A stretch of 64,000 bases of DNA, taken from NCBI RefSeq assembly GCF_018350175.1, contig NC_058368.1:184638001-184702000 (forward strand). The letters run 5' to 3'. Positions 1 through 12,601 of this stretch are shown here, piece by piece (positions within the stretch are counted from its first letter, which is position 1; each line of letters starts with the position of its first letter). The translations under genes and the position numbers were made by a program. A model generated the notes under the pieces. That model did no database searches and was not told the origin of the DNA. It worked only from the letters and a program-made list of their open reading frames with translations. The DNA is from Felis catus. Taxonomy: Eukaryota.

Positions 1-87
1 AATAATCCAAATCCAAGAATAATCAATCTTGCAGACTGCCTAATTAGATGTTGACTTTTAAAAGCAAAACCTCAACATCTCTTTAGA

Positions 88-283
88 CCTACTCTTTCTA
101 AAATAGTAGCCACCAACTATTTGTGGCTGTTTAAATTAACTGAATTAAGTTAAAAATTCAGTTCCTCATTCACACCAGTCACATTTCAAGTGCTCCACAG
201 CCACATGTGACTAGTGGCTATCATCCAAGACAATGCATATACAGAATATTTTCATAATCCCTGAAATTTTCATTGGACAGCTA
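88..283 (-). mobile_element. MER3-like hAT-Charlie MITE fossil
   Basis: Matches the reverse of the recalled MER3 consensus (aaaaattcagttcctca...acatttcaagtgctc..agccacatgtgactagtggcta...cattggacag). Confidence 0.8.
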
Positions 284-1669
284 TGCTTCATACCATGGCC
301 TTTTGAAAGTATGTAAATTAACTCCAAATTTTTCTGAAATGTGTTGTATTTTAATAGAATAATGTGTTCATCCTCTTTAGTCCTTCTCCAAAGTAAGCAC
401 AAGCACCTACATGCATGCGCACGTACAGCATTTTACTGAGAAAGACATAAATCAAAAACAGAATTCAACTTGCACAGAACCATAAGCATTGATTACAAAT
501 CCCTAGAAATACTACATGACTGGTGAATGTCTTCTTTTTTAGTTTTTTTCCTGACACATAAATTCATCAAGCATTTTCAATATACATACATTTCACAGAT
601 GGGTTTCACAGATGGGCAGACTGAGGCCCACCGAGAGGAACAGTGATCAGGAATAGCTATGAGGAATGTCAGTCAGTTGCTCCAGCATGTTTCTCTCTCT
701 GAGGACTCTCTTTTCAACAGCCAGAGCCCAGTCAGCTCTATCTCCATGTACTTCCAGAGAAAGCATTTCCCGTGATCTCTCTGACAGGTGTCAGAAACCT
801 CACCCACAGGCTTTGTCAAATACTAGCTGAGAAATCAACCACGGGATAGATACCTCCTACTAGATGTGTACCATGTAGGTAGGTAGATATTTCATCTGAG
901 ACAATTATCCACTGCAATATGACAGCATACAAGCACACATGAACACCTAGTTTTTTACTGCTTTTCTGTCAAAGAGCCAAATGAAAACTGTTCCAAAAAA
1001 GCATCTTCTTCAGTTCCCCTCTCTACTCACCATAAAGGTCATTACTCATATTTATCTGCATGCGTTTAATAAGTTACATTCATAAATGCATCCAGAGTGG
1101 GCTCCAGCAAGTCATAAAAACAGACTGGAATAATAGAAGGTCATACATTTTGAAGGGATAGGAAGGATGACAAACATGGCAGAAGAACTAACAATAATTC
1201 CAACTTTCTCTACCTTCCACCGTGAACACTGGATTTTTCTGGCACACAACTCCCAGTGAAGTTCTGTATGACATTTCAGGAACTTGCAAGGATAATGATT
1301 ACCAACAGTGCTCAACAAATGTTAGTATATTCCTCAATTATTTTTTTACATTTTCTCCTTTTTGTCCATTGTGTTGGCATCATTGCCGCCAGCTAGGTAT
1401 ATACGTGCAGTTACTAACAAAAGAGAACAGGCTCCACAATACACTACTAGAATTACCATCTGATTGATCAACAGTGTTCTCACTAACCCCTGTCTAATGA
1501 CTCACATGATTATCCTCCTAAAATTCTCAATATTTCCCAAGATTTCCCTTCCTTCATTCAATAAACTCATGAAATTCAACATCCTCCAGGAAGTCTTTGT
1601 TTCAGTCAGTGGGTTTAGCAAATTGATATTCTTCACCCCTCTCCCTTACTTCCTGTAATTTCCATTCAG

Positions 1670-1940
1670 ATAATAGCTCAAATATCATCTCCACAATGAG
1701 GTCTTGCTTGGCTAACTCCTGTCACTAACTGTCTCTAAGTCACTGTCACATCACCATACTTAACTTTTATCATAGCATTTACCATTAGGGGACGTTATCT
1801 CTATACAGGTTTCTAATATGTCTGTTTATTTTATATCTTCCCAAAATAGAATTTGAGCTTCATGAGAGCAAGACTGTCTGTTTTACTTACTGGACTGTGA
1901 CTGGTACATTACAGATATTCAAGCATCCATTGGATGAAAT
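1670..1940 (+). mobile_element. L2 LINE 3' end fragment
   Basis: tagaatttgagcttcatgagagcaagactgtctgtttt...ctggtacatt resembles the L2 3' terminus. Confidence 0.6.
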
Positions 1941-2270
1941 CCAATCAAGCCTCTGGCCTAAATTTCAGTACCTCTGGACAGTAGGGAACTGAGGGAATAG
2001 AGGAACACATTAAATAACACCAAGAGGAAACAGGCAAATCAAGAATGTGGGAGATAATACATAATAACTGACTTGAACTCTTCAGTAAATCAGTGTTGTG
2101 GAGAAAACAAAGTGGAGGCATTTTGTTTATGGGATTGTTATTTTCTTAGGAATGATAATGACACTGTGGTAACTTGGGCATATATCCTTATTCTTAAGAG
2201 ATCCCGGCTGCATTATTAATGGGTGATATTTCTTAATATACACAACTTGAACTTTCACATAGAATGGCAA
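1940..2270 (+). mobile_element. Old L1M (L1MC/L1ME-like) 3' UTR fragment
   Basis: gggaatagaggaacacattaaataacacca...caaatcaagaatgtggga; similar to the segment at 10330-10460. Confidence 0.5.
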
Positions 2271-2275
2271 AACTC

Positions 2276-2278
2276 TGA

Positions 2279-2309
<31 letters not shown>

Positions 2310-2340
2310 GAGAGAGAGAGAGAGAGATAAAGAGAAAGAG
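2276..2340. repeat. Compound (TG)n(AG)n microsatellite
   Basis: Read directly. Confidence 0.95.
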
Positions 2341-3009
2341 GAAGTATAGATAGTAAATTTTAAAGGATATTATATAGGTATTTATTGTACTTGTCTTTTG
2401 ACTTATTTGTATGCTTTATTATGAAATTTTTCAAAGTTGGGAAAAAACCCTTTGGATAAATGACTGACTAGATGAAAGGTAGTGAATCCCTCCTGATTCT
2501 AGCCTACCGAAAACCAAATGCTCAGGACCTACTATTCCTCTAATTTTTCATGGTAAGAATGTTCACTAATACTTATTTATTAATCTAAGTCATCCCTCTG
2601 TTAACCGTTATACATGTATTGTATGTCATTTATACCATATGGTTCAATGATAAACCTTTATAGAGTCAGAGCCCAGATGTTGGGGATCATGCCAGTCAAT
2701 TCATTTACAATGCCCATACTAGAGGGCTAAACAGAGAGAGATGATTAACAAATTATTTGGAGGAACAAATATTTGCAGATCAGCTGCACATTTAGGTAAG
2801 TCATGGATCTTGAGCATCTAGATAGAGATTTTCAAACCAGTCCCAGAAGAGCTGGCCATGAAAGAGAAAGTAGCTAACTTATAAAATGAAGTTCAGTTCA
2901 TGTGAGGCAGGCTTGGCAGAATTTGCACCTCAAACATCATGGTCACTAAAAAGGACATCTGGCAGGGCCCAAAATGACATACACAAACTAATGAATTTCT
3001 TATTCCCTT

Positions 3010-3158
3010 TGACTTTCCCGGATCGCTCACTTGAATATAAGCTGCAAGAAAATAAAAGTTTGACTATTTTTTCACGCTGCTGTAATATCAGTACTTAAAA
3101 AGAATGCCTAGAACTTTTTAGATACCCAATAATTATTGTTTGAATGAATAAATGAATC
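3010..3158 (+). mobile_element. L2 3' end fragment
   Basis: cttgaatataagctgcaagaa...aataattattgtttgaatgaataaatgaat, the typical (TGAA)n L2 tail. Confidence 0.65.
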
Positions 3159-3172
3159 GAATTCTGACAGAA

Positions 3173-3343
3173 CAATGGTTCTCCAACTTTAGCAGGTATC
3201 AGAATCATTTGGAGCACTTGGTAAAACACAAGATTCCTAGACCCGACTCTTAGAATTTCTGATTCGATATTTCTGGAATGTGGCCCAAGAACAGACATAA
3301 TGCTAATGCCAGTGGCCTGGAGACCACGTTTTGAGAAGCACTG
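3173..3343 (-). mobile_element. MER5A hAT-Charlie MITE
   Basis: TIRs caatggttctccaac / ttgagaagcactg; internal atcagaatcatttggagcacttggtaaaacacaagatt. Confidence 0.85.
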
Positions 3344-4492
3344 CTGTAAGGATTACCTCTCTTAACTTTCTCTTTGCTTCAGACAGTGCTACCTAAGAAG
3401 CAAAGACAGTACTATGTAATGCTTTTGTATAAGATACCTAATATACCTCATTGTTTATTTGACAAATAATCTTCTTATGGTATTACAGAAACATTTAAGC
3501 TTGAATTTAGGTTACTCAAAATTCAGACACTTTCCCATCAATCAAGCCAAATATTTGCCATAGGTATTTTACTCCTTGCCAGGGGAAGCTAGAATTCCAT
3601 ATTATCAGCTCAGTATACTACTCCTCCAGCTCATTTCTGTGCATTTGGAAGAAGGCTGGGAAAATATACACTATCTCTTTGCAGCACGATTGCTCCGTGA
3701 AGCATGTCTGCCCCCAGAGAAATCAGGTGCCTCATGCACTGCAGAAATTTATGTTAAAGAAAGTCTGTTTATGAGACGCGAATGTGTAACCCAAATTTAT
3801 CTCCCAGTGACAACTTCAGAATCTGAAAATTTCCAACATCCCCCCCTTGTGAGTTGCTTGAAATTGCTGTTTTTCAAGTCAAGAACACCTGTTTAGTGTT
3901 TTTCTCCTCACCCTCTCTGGTAAATGGAACCACTAGGAAAACAGCATCTGAAGGTTTTAATGAATAAGAAACACAAAGTATTGACAGATTTCAGCACATT
4001 ATACAACCCTTACCCTGTCCCCCTAATGAGGTAAGATCAAAAAGGAAAAAAACAGTTGTGATATTGGGCTCTGGAGTTTGTTTTTAAACTGCTGCAAATG
4101 AGCTCAGATAGAGTACCATTCTACTGGGTACAGTCATAAGCAATTTGCACATTGCTGTGAAATAACATATACAGACATGACTGTGGTAAGTGAACAACTA
4201 AAGATTTGATGTTCAGCATCAGGCACACTTCCAAATAACTTTCCATCTCAACTATACGACACTCTAGCAATCAAAATTCCACTTGTGCCTTTACCACTGG
4301 GTCAGATCTAACTACAAAGCAAAAATAAAACAAAAAAACAACTAAAAAGTCTGAGCCACTTACTGAATCTTATTCTAATTCGGTAGTTATTGAGTACCTA
4401 CTCTGTGATAGAATACAGATTTTGAGAACAGAGAAAGAAAATATTAATTACAGCTAGATGGGATGACAAATGATCTGATAAACTGCTATGGA

Positions 4493-4700
4493 GGGGCGCC
4501 TGGATGGCTCAGTCAGTTAAATGTCTAACTTCAGCTCAGGGTCATGATCTCATGGTTCGTGAGTTCAAGCCCCACATCGGGTTCTGTGCTGACAGCTCAG
4601 AGCCTGGAACCTGCTTCAGATTCTGTGTCTCCCTCTCTCTGCCTCTCCCCTGCTCATACTCTGTGTTTCTCTCTCTGTAAAATAAATAAACATTAAAAAA
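4493..4700 (+). mobile_element. CanSINE (SINEC, felid type)
   Basis: ggggcgcctggatggctcag head with Pol III A/B boxes, (CT)n, A-rich tail, and imperfect TSD actgctatg/actgttatg. Confidence 0.95.
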
Positions 4701-5086
4701 CACTGTTATGAACTACTTATTTTGTGCTAGTCACTCACTTAGGTGCAAACATTTGATTTGATGGTCACAGTCCCTATTTGTAGGTCTTGGTCTACTTAAA
4801 AATACACACAAACAAGTCAAAAAATAAGTGGTTATGTAATTCCAAGTTAAGAAAAGGTAAGAAGGTCTTTCATTCAGCCAACATGTGCTATTCAGTCAGG
4901 TCCTATGGCTTGAAAGATGGGTAGAATTTTGAGAACCAGATGAGGAAAAACTGAGCAAAGGAGGGAGAATGGTAATCTACGCAGGATGAATAACATAAGC
5001 AAATTACAGGTGAGCCATCAAATAGAAGTGAGATCTCAGAAGGCTTTGAACTCTATACAAGAGAGTATGATATTTATTCTCTAGTC

Positions 5087-6621
5087 CAGAGGTCTACAAC
5101 TTGGAGTTTACAAAATAATTAAACCACTGAAGGTAGGAAGAATAAGTTAAAAATGTGTTTAAACTTATTATCCAATTTTTAAAACACAAAGATCAGTGTG
5201 GCTTTCTTACTTGACTCATATGTTGGATCGACACAAATCTTGAAAAGAACTTGACAGACAGGGTCAATCTTGCCCTCACTTGCAGTGCTTATATATACAG
5301 CCGCCCTGAGATGCAATGGATGTGGATAATTTTAATTAGTAGAGTTCTTATAATTCTTTATACTAAGATGAGAACTTATCAGGAACATCTTATATATCAC
5401 TCATTTGTTGGTTATCTCAAGGGAGATATTTAAACAAAGTTGTTTATTGGTTATCTTGGGGCGCCTGGGTGGCGCAGTCGGTTAAGCGTCCGACTTCAGC
5501 CAGGTCACGATCTCGCGGTCCGGGAGTTCGAGCCCCGCGTCAGGCTCTGGGCTGATGGCTCAGAGCCCAGAGCCTGTTTCCTATTCTGTGTCTCCCTCTC
5601 TCTCTGCCCCTCCCCCGTTCATGCTCTGCCTCTCTCTGTCCCAAAAATAAATAAAAATGTTTATTGGTATGAATTACAGAGTTCTTAAAGATGAATTATA
5701 CATTTTTCTTTTAGAGAAATTAATACCAAATTTGCAGACCTTTTCTATGATCACAATAGACTTAAAATGTGATACATACTTTGTCTGTTCCTTCAAGGTA
5801 AATGTAAAGATTTTAATAGCTAAGAAAGGAACTTCTTTGAGGATTGGAAAAAAACTATGGAGAGAACATTTAGAATATTAATGTTTGGGAATATTCCCAT
5901 TTTTAATTTTTTTGTTACCAAATGACATAAGTATGTTATATATTTAAACAAATGTATAGCAACATATTTAAATTTGGAAATGGGATTTTCGTCTGTGTAG
6001 GAATCTTCTAAATGAATTTCAGATGGTTTACAGCAATTTGTTAATAATTGAAAATGCCAGATTCATTAATTTACAAGATTAATTAAATTGCAAGGAAAAC
6101 TGATTAACATTAAAGAAGGTAAAAATGTATGTGCCAAATTTCAGTAAAAAACACTTTGACACAACTAGAAGAGCAGACTGAAAAATGAATCATGACAGTG
6201 CAGTAAACAATATAATCTCTTATATGTATATTATGAGGTAACTTTTTTAGTTGTAACATCTATAATAAGTATCAATATAATCTAGATGTAGTCTGAGATA
6301 TTCAATATATTAAATCAAAGTGTTAAACCAAAATTTTCATAAACTAATGGTGAATATTTCATTACATTTCTATCATTGATAATACTAACAATTTTACCGA
6401 GGAGTACAAATTTTGTACTATAAACAAAATTTTACGGTATTTCAAAATCTTGTTTATTTCACCTTTTGTATAGAATTTTAAATTTGTTTTACTTTCTTGT
6501 AAGTTTGTAAAATATTCATTTTATGAACATATGAATAGCATATGAACAAAAATAAAAACATATTAATGTATACACAAATTAGTACTGATGATTTGCATAA
6601 TCAAAACAACATGCCTTACTG
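5087..6621 (+). mobile_element. hAT-Charlie DNA transposon fossil with decayed transposase (Charlie7-like), interrupted by a SINE
   Basis: Translated fragments HLIYHS..., LKDELYIFLLEK, SLQGK and KLWREHLE resemble Charlie/ZBED5-type transposase motifs (LLYHTEVRWLSRG...ELKDEL..FL; LNLSLQG; KLKLW). Ends cagaggtctacaac / ...ttactg. Confidence 0.65.
5458..5656 (+). mobile_element. Young SINEC_Fc-type CanSINE
   Basis: CpG-rich ggggcgcctgggtggcgcagtcggttaagcgtccgacttcagccaggtcacgatctcgcgg; flanking repeat tgtttattggt, offset from the 5' end by 6 nt. Confidence 0.95.
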
Positions 6622-6814
6622 AAAAGGCTGCCAATGAAGCTTTTTGAAGAGAGAGGTAATACTCTATACTGGACTCTATGGACATTAGTATGCTAGCAGA
6701 GATTAGGGATGAGAAACTAAAAAGTCAAAAACTATTGCAATGATCTCAAGAAGTGAGGCCTGAAATAAGAGTCACGTGGTGATCCATAAAGGAATAATGA
6801 GTTATTATAGGCAT

Positions 6815-7335
6815 TGTGATAGGCAGAATAGTGCCCCCCCCACAAAAAAGTATCTATATCCTAATTCCCAGTACTATATACCTTGGTGAATATATTATGT
6901 TAAATGGCCAGAGAGAATTAACATGGCAGAGGAATTAAAGTTGCTAACCAGATGACCTTAAAAATAAACAGCTTAATATGGATTATCTTGATGGGCCCAA
7001 CATAATCATAAGGGCTCTTAAACGTGGAAGAGGAGGAAGAATCTGTGGCAATGTGAGCAATGTGAAAAAGACACAATCATGTACTGCTGGCTCTGAGATA
7101 GAAGGGGCCATGAATCAAGAAATGCAGGAAGCCTCTAGGAGATGGAGAAGCAAGAAAATGGATTTTTCCTTTATGAGCCTCAAGAAGAAATGTAGCACTG
7201 CCAACATCTTGCTTTTATCCCAGTGAGATGAATTTCAGGCTACTGACCTCTAGAACTATAAAATAATAAATATGTGTTGCTTTAAGCCACCAAGTCCATA
7301 GTAATTTGTTACAGCAACAACAGGAAACTAATAGA
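6815..7335 (+). mobile_element. MaLR solo LTR (MLT1D-like)
   Basis: tgtgataggcagaata... start, aataaa poly(A) signal, ...tttgttacagcaacaacaggaaactaataga end, 5-bp TSD ggcat/ggtat. Confidence 0.9.
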
Positions 7336-7955
7336 GGTATTATGGAAGAAACATGATGCACAGTAATTAGAGGAAAAACTGAAAAGCTGAAGATGAGGCG
7401 ATGTTTAAAGTTCAGGAGACTCCAAGAGTGAAGTTAACAATTACGGAATCAAAGATGAAAGGAGAAAAAAACAGATGTAGGGAGAAACCTAAAAATAATA
7501 CTGTAAAGCCATCAAGTGTTCTAGTTTTATCTTGAGACATATGAATCAGTTATAATAAAGAAACCATCCCCCAATTAAGTGAAATTTTCAATCAACAATG
7601 TCATATTAAACTTTTACAATTAGATATTTAACTATTACAATTGGGAAAGATGTAAAATAAAGCATCTGCTTGATGAGTGATCAAATGCTACCCTACACAG
7701 AAGCCTATGCTAAATATATAATCTCAGTATCAAGAAAAAAAAACACAATACTAATATCTTCTCATTGTCCTTGTCTTTGGCCTCTTTTTTTCTCCTACTT
7801 TTAATGTGTTGTATTCCTATAAATAACAAGGTGCTTCTGCACCTAAATTTAATGCAGTCACATCACAATACTGCTTTGGAATAGAAACAAGAAATTAACA
7901 AGAAGGTTAAAATGAGTTAGTCTAGTAAATGTACAAACAGATGCCTCTTTTCTGC

Positions 7956-8146
7956 TTTTTTTTAATGTTTGTTTATTTTTGAGAGAGCACGAGTGGGAGG
8001 AGGAGCAGAAAGAGAGGGAGAGAGAGGATCCTGAGCGGGCTCTGAGCTGACAGCAGTGAGCTGATGTGTGGCTTGAACTCAGGAACTATGAGATCATGAC
8101 CTGAGCCGAAGTCAGATGTTCAACCAACTGAGCCACCCAGACACCC
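7956..8146 (-). mobile_element. CanSINE
   Basis: Reverse head ...ctgagccacccagacaccc, T-rich tail at left, TSD-like ttttctgct/tttcctgct. Confidence 0.93.
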
Positions 8147-9088
8147 ATTTTTTCCTGCTTTTCATGTCACATCCTTTGAGCTACTTGCTGAAACTACTTG
8201 ACTGATTGGACAATTAGTTAAGAATGGATGCTACTGGAACCCAAAAAGCAAGTGCAATTTTGGATTAGATAACAGGGCAACACACAGGGTTTTTAGGTGC
8301 TGACATAACACTTGCTGTTGACTGGATACAGACCTAAGGGGAGAAGTGAGGGGAAGAATCACTATAATGTGGAGCTCTCCATTTTAATTTTTGGCTGGAA
8401 AATTTGGGTAGTGTTCAATTCAAAAATTCTCCATATGCTAGTGGTTTGGCAAGATGCTACAAGAACATTTCAAAGTATACACCTCTGACCCTGCAATCCT
8501 ATTTCTAGTACTTTACACTGAAGAACAGGGGGCGGGGTGGATATGTGTATTATCAGAATAATTCTACAAATGTTCATTCAATTTGGTCTTTCCATATTTC
8601 CACCACCTTCCCCAAGTTTTAAGCAATGGCCAGGCTGTTGTTTGCTTCTTTATCTCAGGGCAAAAAGGAAAAGAAGCCCAAGTCTGGAGTTCTTTCTAAA
8701 AACGGTAGATTCATAGAAGATATGATGCTAGGTTTAGGAAGGAAGAGAGAAAAGGAAATTAAAGGGCAAAGAAATAAGAGAAGTTTTCTCAGACCAAAAT
8801 AAGAAGTGAGCATTGCAAGTCTTTATTCGCTATATATGCATCTCAGTTCTTAACCACCCAAGGAACTCAGAATGGATCTCCAACTCAGTTCTGCCACTGA
8901 CATGATGGGTAACCTTAGTTAAATTCTGTTCCAGGTGCTGGAAATACAACAGTGAAGAAGACAGATAAGCCCCATCCCTGTGGAAGACAAAACAAAATAA
9001 GTAACTTCTGCCCTGACAATGATGTTATCAAAAACCAGGAGAAAAATTAGTCCAAAGAAAATTAAAAAAAAAAAAAAAGACTTCAAAA

Positions 9089-9310
9089 GGGGTACCTGGG
9101 TGGCTCAGTCAGTTAAGTGTCCTACCTCGGCTCGGATCACAATCTTGTGGTTCATGAGTTTGAGCCCCGTGTTAGGCTCTGTGCTGACAGCTCAGAGCCT
9201 GGAACCTGCTTTAGATTCTGTGTCCCCCCCGCTTCTCTCTGCCACTCCCCTGCTCACATTCTGTGTGTGTCTCTCTCTCAAAAATAAACATTAAAAACAA
9301 CTTTTTAAAA
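9089..9310 (+). mobile_element. CanSINE
   Basis: ggggtacctgggtggctcag head, (CT)n, aataaa tail. Confidence 0.95.
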
Positions 9311-9489
9311 ACCTCAACAGTGACACAGATAAATGCAACTAGCAGACACATACATTGAATCGGCTAATATAACTATGTTCAAGTATTTATAGGAAACTAC
9401 AAACATAATGAGAGAAATAGATGACATAAAACCCAAATGGAACTTCTAAACATAAAAATAAAATATCTGAAATCAAAAATTTCCTGGGA

Positions 9490-9701
9490 GGGGCGCCTGG
9501 GTGGCTCAGTTGGCTGTGCATCCGACTTCGGCCCAGGTCATGATCTCAGTTTGTGGATTCAAGCCCTGCATCGGGCTTTGTGCTGACAGCTCAGAGCCTG
9601 GAGCCTGCTTTGAATTCTGCGTCTCCCTCACTCTCTACCCTTTCCCTACTCACGCTCTGTCTCTCAAAAATAAAATAAACATTGAAAAAAAAATTTTTTT
9701 T
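9490..9701 (+). mobile_element. CanSINE
   Basis: ggggcgcctgggtggctcag head; TSD ttcctggga on both sides. Confidence 0.95.
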
Positions 9702-10189
9702 AATTCCTGGGAAATGTTAATAACAGACTGCATTCTGCAAAAGAATAGATCAGGAAATCTGAAAACAGCAATAAAATGTGTCAAAATAAAACACAAAGAG
9801 AAGAAAGAGCACACACACCCAAAAAACCAAAAAACCAAAACAAACAGAAAAAAAAAACCCTAAGCCACAATATACTGTAGGAAAATAATAAGCAGAAGAA
9901 CCGTCGCAGGGACAGAAAAAGCATCTGAAGAAATAACAGTATTTTTCCAAATTTGATGAAAACTTTCAACCCACAGATCCAAAAAGATCAACAAAACTCA
10001 AGTAGCATAAATACAAAGAATACCACATCAACACAGATAATAATCAAATTGCTTTCAAGGAGAAATAAAATAGTGATAAAGAGAAAATTTTAAAAGCAGC
10101 CAGAGAAAAAAAAATATAAAAGACTTCTCAGCCGAAACTATGCAAGCAGAAAGACAATGGAATGGCATCTTTAGAGAAAAATAAAGAAT

Positions 10190-10790
10190 ATCATCATTTG
10201 GAAAATCCCTAATAATAGATGCAGGCAATATCTAAATTGCTAACATCACAAAAGGCCAACAACTTGTGCTATTTGCCTCCTGATGGAAGTACACAAACCA
10301 CCTACTAATTTTTGCCAGTAAATAAGAACTTGAATCAGATCAAACCTCTAGATGCAAAATAAGTTTATAAGAAATACAAGGGACAGAGAATCATATTAAA
10401 TGAAGCTTAATGGTTGCAATCAGCACAATCCAGAATGAGGGAAATGCTACAAAACAATACATTTCCTCAGCCAAATAAACTTCAAGAAAATTAAGACTTA
10501 AAAGACATATCAACCAAATTAAATGTGTGGATTTTATTTGTATTCTGATTTTAACAGATTCACTATAATCAAAAAAGTTGCACAAACTGAATGATATTAT
10601 GGAATCAGAGATTCATACTAAAGTATCCCTGGTATACGCAAATTTGTCTGGGGAGGGGGTAAAGAGGATATACAGGTATAAATGAAACCACAGTGGCCAT
10701 TAGTTGATGTTTACTGGGTGGAATGGTACACAGAAGTTCATTATTCTCTACTCTTATTTGTAAATGTATGGAATAAAAAAATTAAGAAAA
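10190..10790 (+). mobile_element. Old L1M (L1MC/ME-like) 3' UTR
   Basis: tgcctcctgatggaagtacaca...gaatcagatcaaacctctagat...aaagacatatcaaccaaattaaatgtgtgga...gaagttcattattctcta. Confidence 0.7.
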
Positions 10791-11328
10791 TGAAAGAAAA
10801 GAAATGCAATGTTTTCACATATCTAAGCTTACAGAGTAACATCAGTATTCTCTCTATGTACAGACATGTTACTGGTAGTATTACAGAATTGAAATGGATA
10901 TAGGGGTAAGGATATAAAAACTGTATGCAGCATGATCCCAATTTAATATTTAAATATATAGGACTATTTATATATGCCTATAGATGAGAGGGAAAGAAGA
11001 GATAGGGGAACAGAATGTCAAAATGTCAGTTGTAATTATTTCTAAGCTGCAGAATTATGAATGATTTATTTCATTAAAATTTTGTTTTCCACAGTTTCTA
11101 TGTAATTTATTACTATAATTAGAAAAAGTATAGACAAAACAATGTATCCAAAATCAAACTCATTTAAGAGTTTGATTAAAAATACTGTCTGCCCTTTAAC
11201 TTTGGAGTTCATGAAAAAAGGGATAATACAGAAATAGTGAGTCACAATATCTATGGGTCTGCTATGGTGTCTTCTCCAGGCAGCTTTAGTTCTTTCTTTC
11301 TCAGTCTTCTGAAAACAAATTGCACATC

Positions 11329-11550
11329 TTTTTTTTTTTTAATATTTATTTATTCTTGAGAGAGAAAGAGATCTGATGAATGCGAGCAGGGGAGGGACAG
11401 AGAAAGAGGGAGGGAGATACAGAATCCCAAGCAGTCTCCAGGCTCCAAGCCATCAGCACAGAGCCCAACGCGGGCCTGAACCCACAAACCGTGAGATCAT
11501 GACCTGAGCCGAAGTCAGATGTTTATCTGACTGAGCCACCCAGGCACCCC
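11329..11550 (-). mobile_element. CanSINE
   Basis: Reverse head ctgagccacccaggcacccc; TSD gcacatct on both sides. Confidence 0.95.
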
Positions 11551-12552
11551 GCACATCTCTTTTTTTAATACTTCTCATTATAATTTTTAAGTGCCCTTCT
11601 TTCTTCTCTTAGTGACCACAGACCACATCTTACTCATCTTGGTATCTCAGCACAGACACACAGAAGATATTGACAAAGTACATGCTAGATGAATGAATTA
11701 CTAATGTGCTCTTTTTGAAAATAATAGCATGAAATTAACAGAAACTAGAGAAAACAGGAAAAGAAACAGGAATTCTCCTTATATCATAAGATCCTTTAAT
11801 GAGATCTACTAATCAATTGTGTTTTCCTTTAAGTAGATATGTATTAAGCTTCAATCTTGTGCTAGGTAGTTGGAAAAAGACAAAAAAAAACCAATTATCT
11901 TCCCTCATGGAGATTAAAATCACATAAAATAGATAATCATAAATAACTGTATTAACAAGATCATAGGAGAAAAGAGGCATGAATAATACCAAGAATCCAT
12001 GATAGAGGAGGAGAAAATATAAATATAAACATCCTTTAGAGAATAACAGGGAAAGTTCAGTGGAAAAGATAACACTGATATTGTCTAAAAAGATGGTTGG
12101 GAAAAAAAAAACATGTGGATAAAGAATAGCATGAGTAAAAGAAGGAGACAGATGTATACTTTATCAGTAAAAATGAAGAAGGCAGAACTTGAACGGAACA
12201 GAGATGCTTCTGATTACTATAATTAGTAATTAAAATCCAACAACTGGCCATATAGTCACTAATTCTTCCAGTAAATATTTATTAAAAGATCCTGGCATCA
12301 GGCACCTTCCTAGACATCAGTTCACCACCTTTATGGTCTGACCTCTACTCACCTTTCCACCTCAAATGTTTCCTTTCCCAACCACACATGCCATGTCTTA
12401 GCCTTCCACCCTTCTTCCTTCCTCACTATTGTCCTCTCGCCACCTACTTTTCATCTTTATCCAACTCATCCAAAAAACTCCCCGGAAGTCACTTTTTCAG
12501 GTAAATTAACACCTCCTGCCACCTGACATGCTCTGGGTGGGTACCCCTCCCA

Positions 12553-12601
12553 ACCACCACCATCATCATGACCATCACCACCAGCACCACAGCACCACCA
12601 C
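12553..12601. repeat. Imperfect (CAC/CAT)n trinucleotide repeat
   Basis: accaccaccatcatcatgaccatcaccaccagcaccacagcaccaccac. Confidence 0.75.

Larger units (their letters stand above)
9030..10180 (+). mobile_element. Old L1M ORF1-region fossil, interrupted by two SINEs
   Basis: gaacttctaaacataaaaataaaatatctgaaat; ttttccaaatttgatgaaaac..aacccacagatcc; gagaaaattttaaaagcagccagagaaaa; agacttctcagccgaaactatgcaagc are L1 ORF1 signatures. Confidence 0.75.

Noticed and set aside
1031..1124. Minus-strand 94-nt exon candidate (ttccag|...atg|gtgagt)
   Set aside because: Stops in all three frames and no other support.
3576..3896. 106-aa ORF in unique DNA (also 14022-14438, 18481-18846, 51417-51803)
   Set aside because: These have non-ATG starts or repeat overlap, no recognisable domains and no coherent splice structure.
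5440..5688. Recurring peptide GAPGWRSRLSVRLQPGHDLAVREFEPRVRLWADGSEP (also at 43400 and 49055)
   Set aside because: It is the translation of the SINEC_Fc body, not a gene family.
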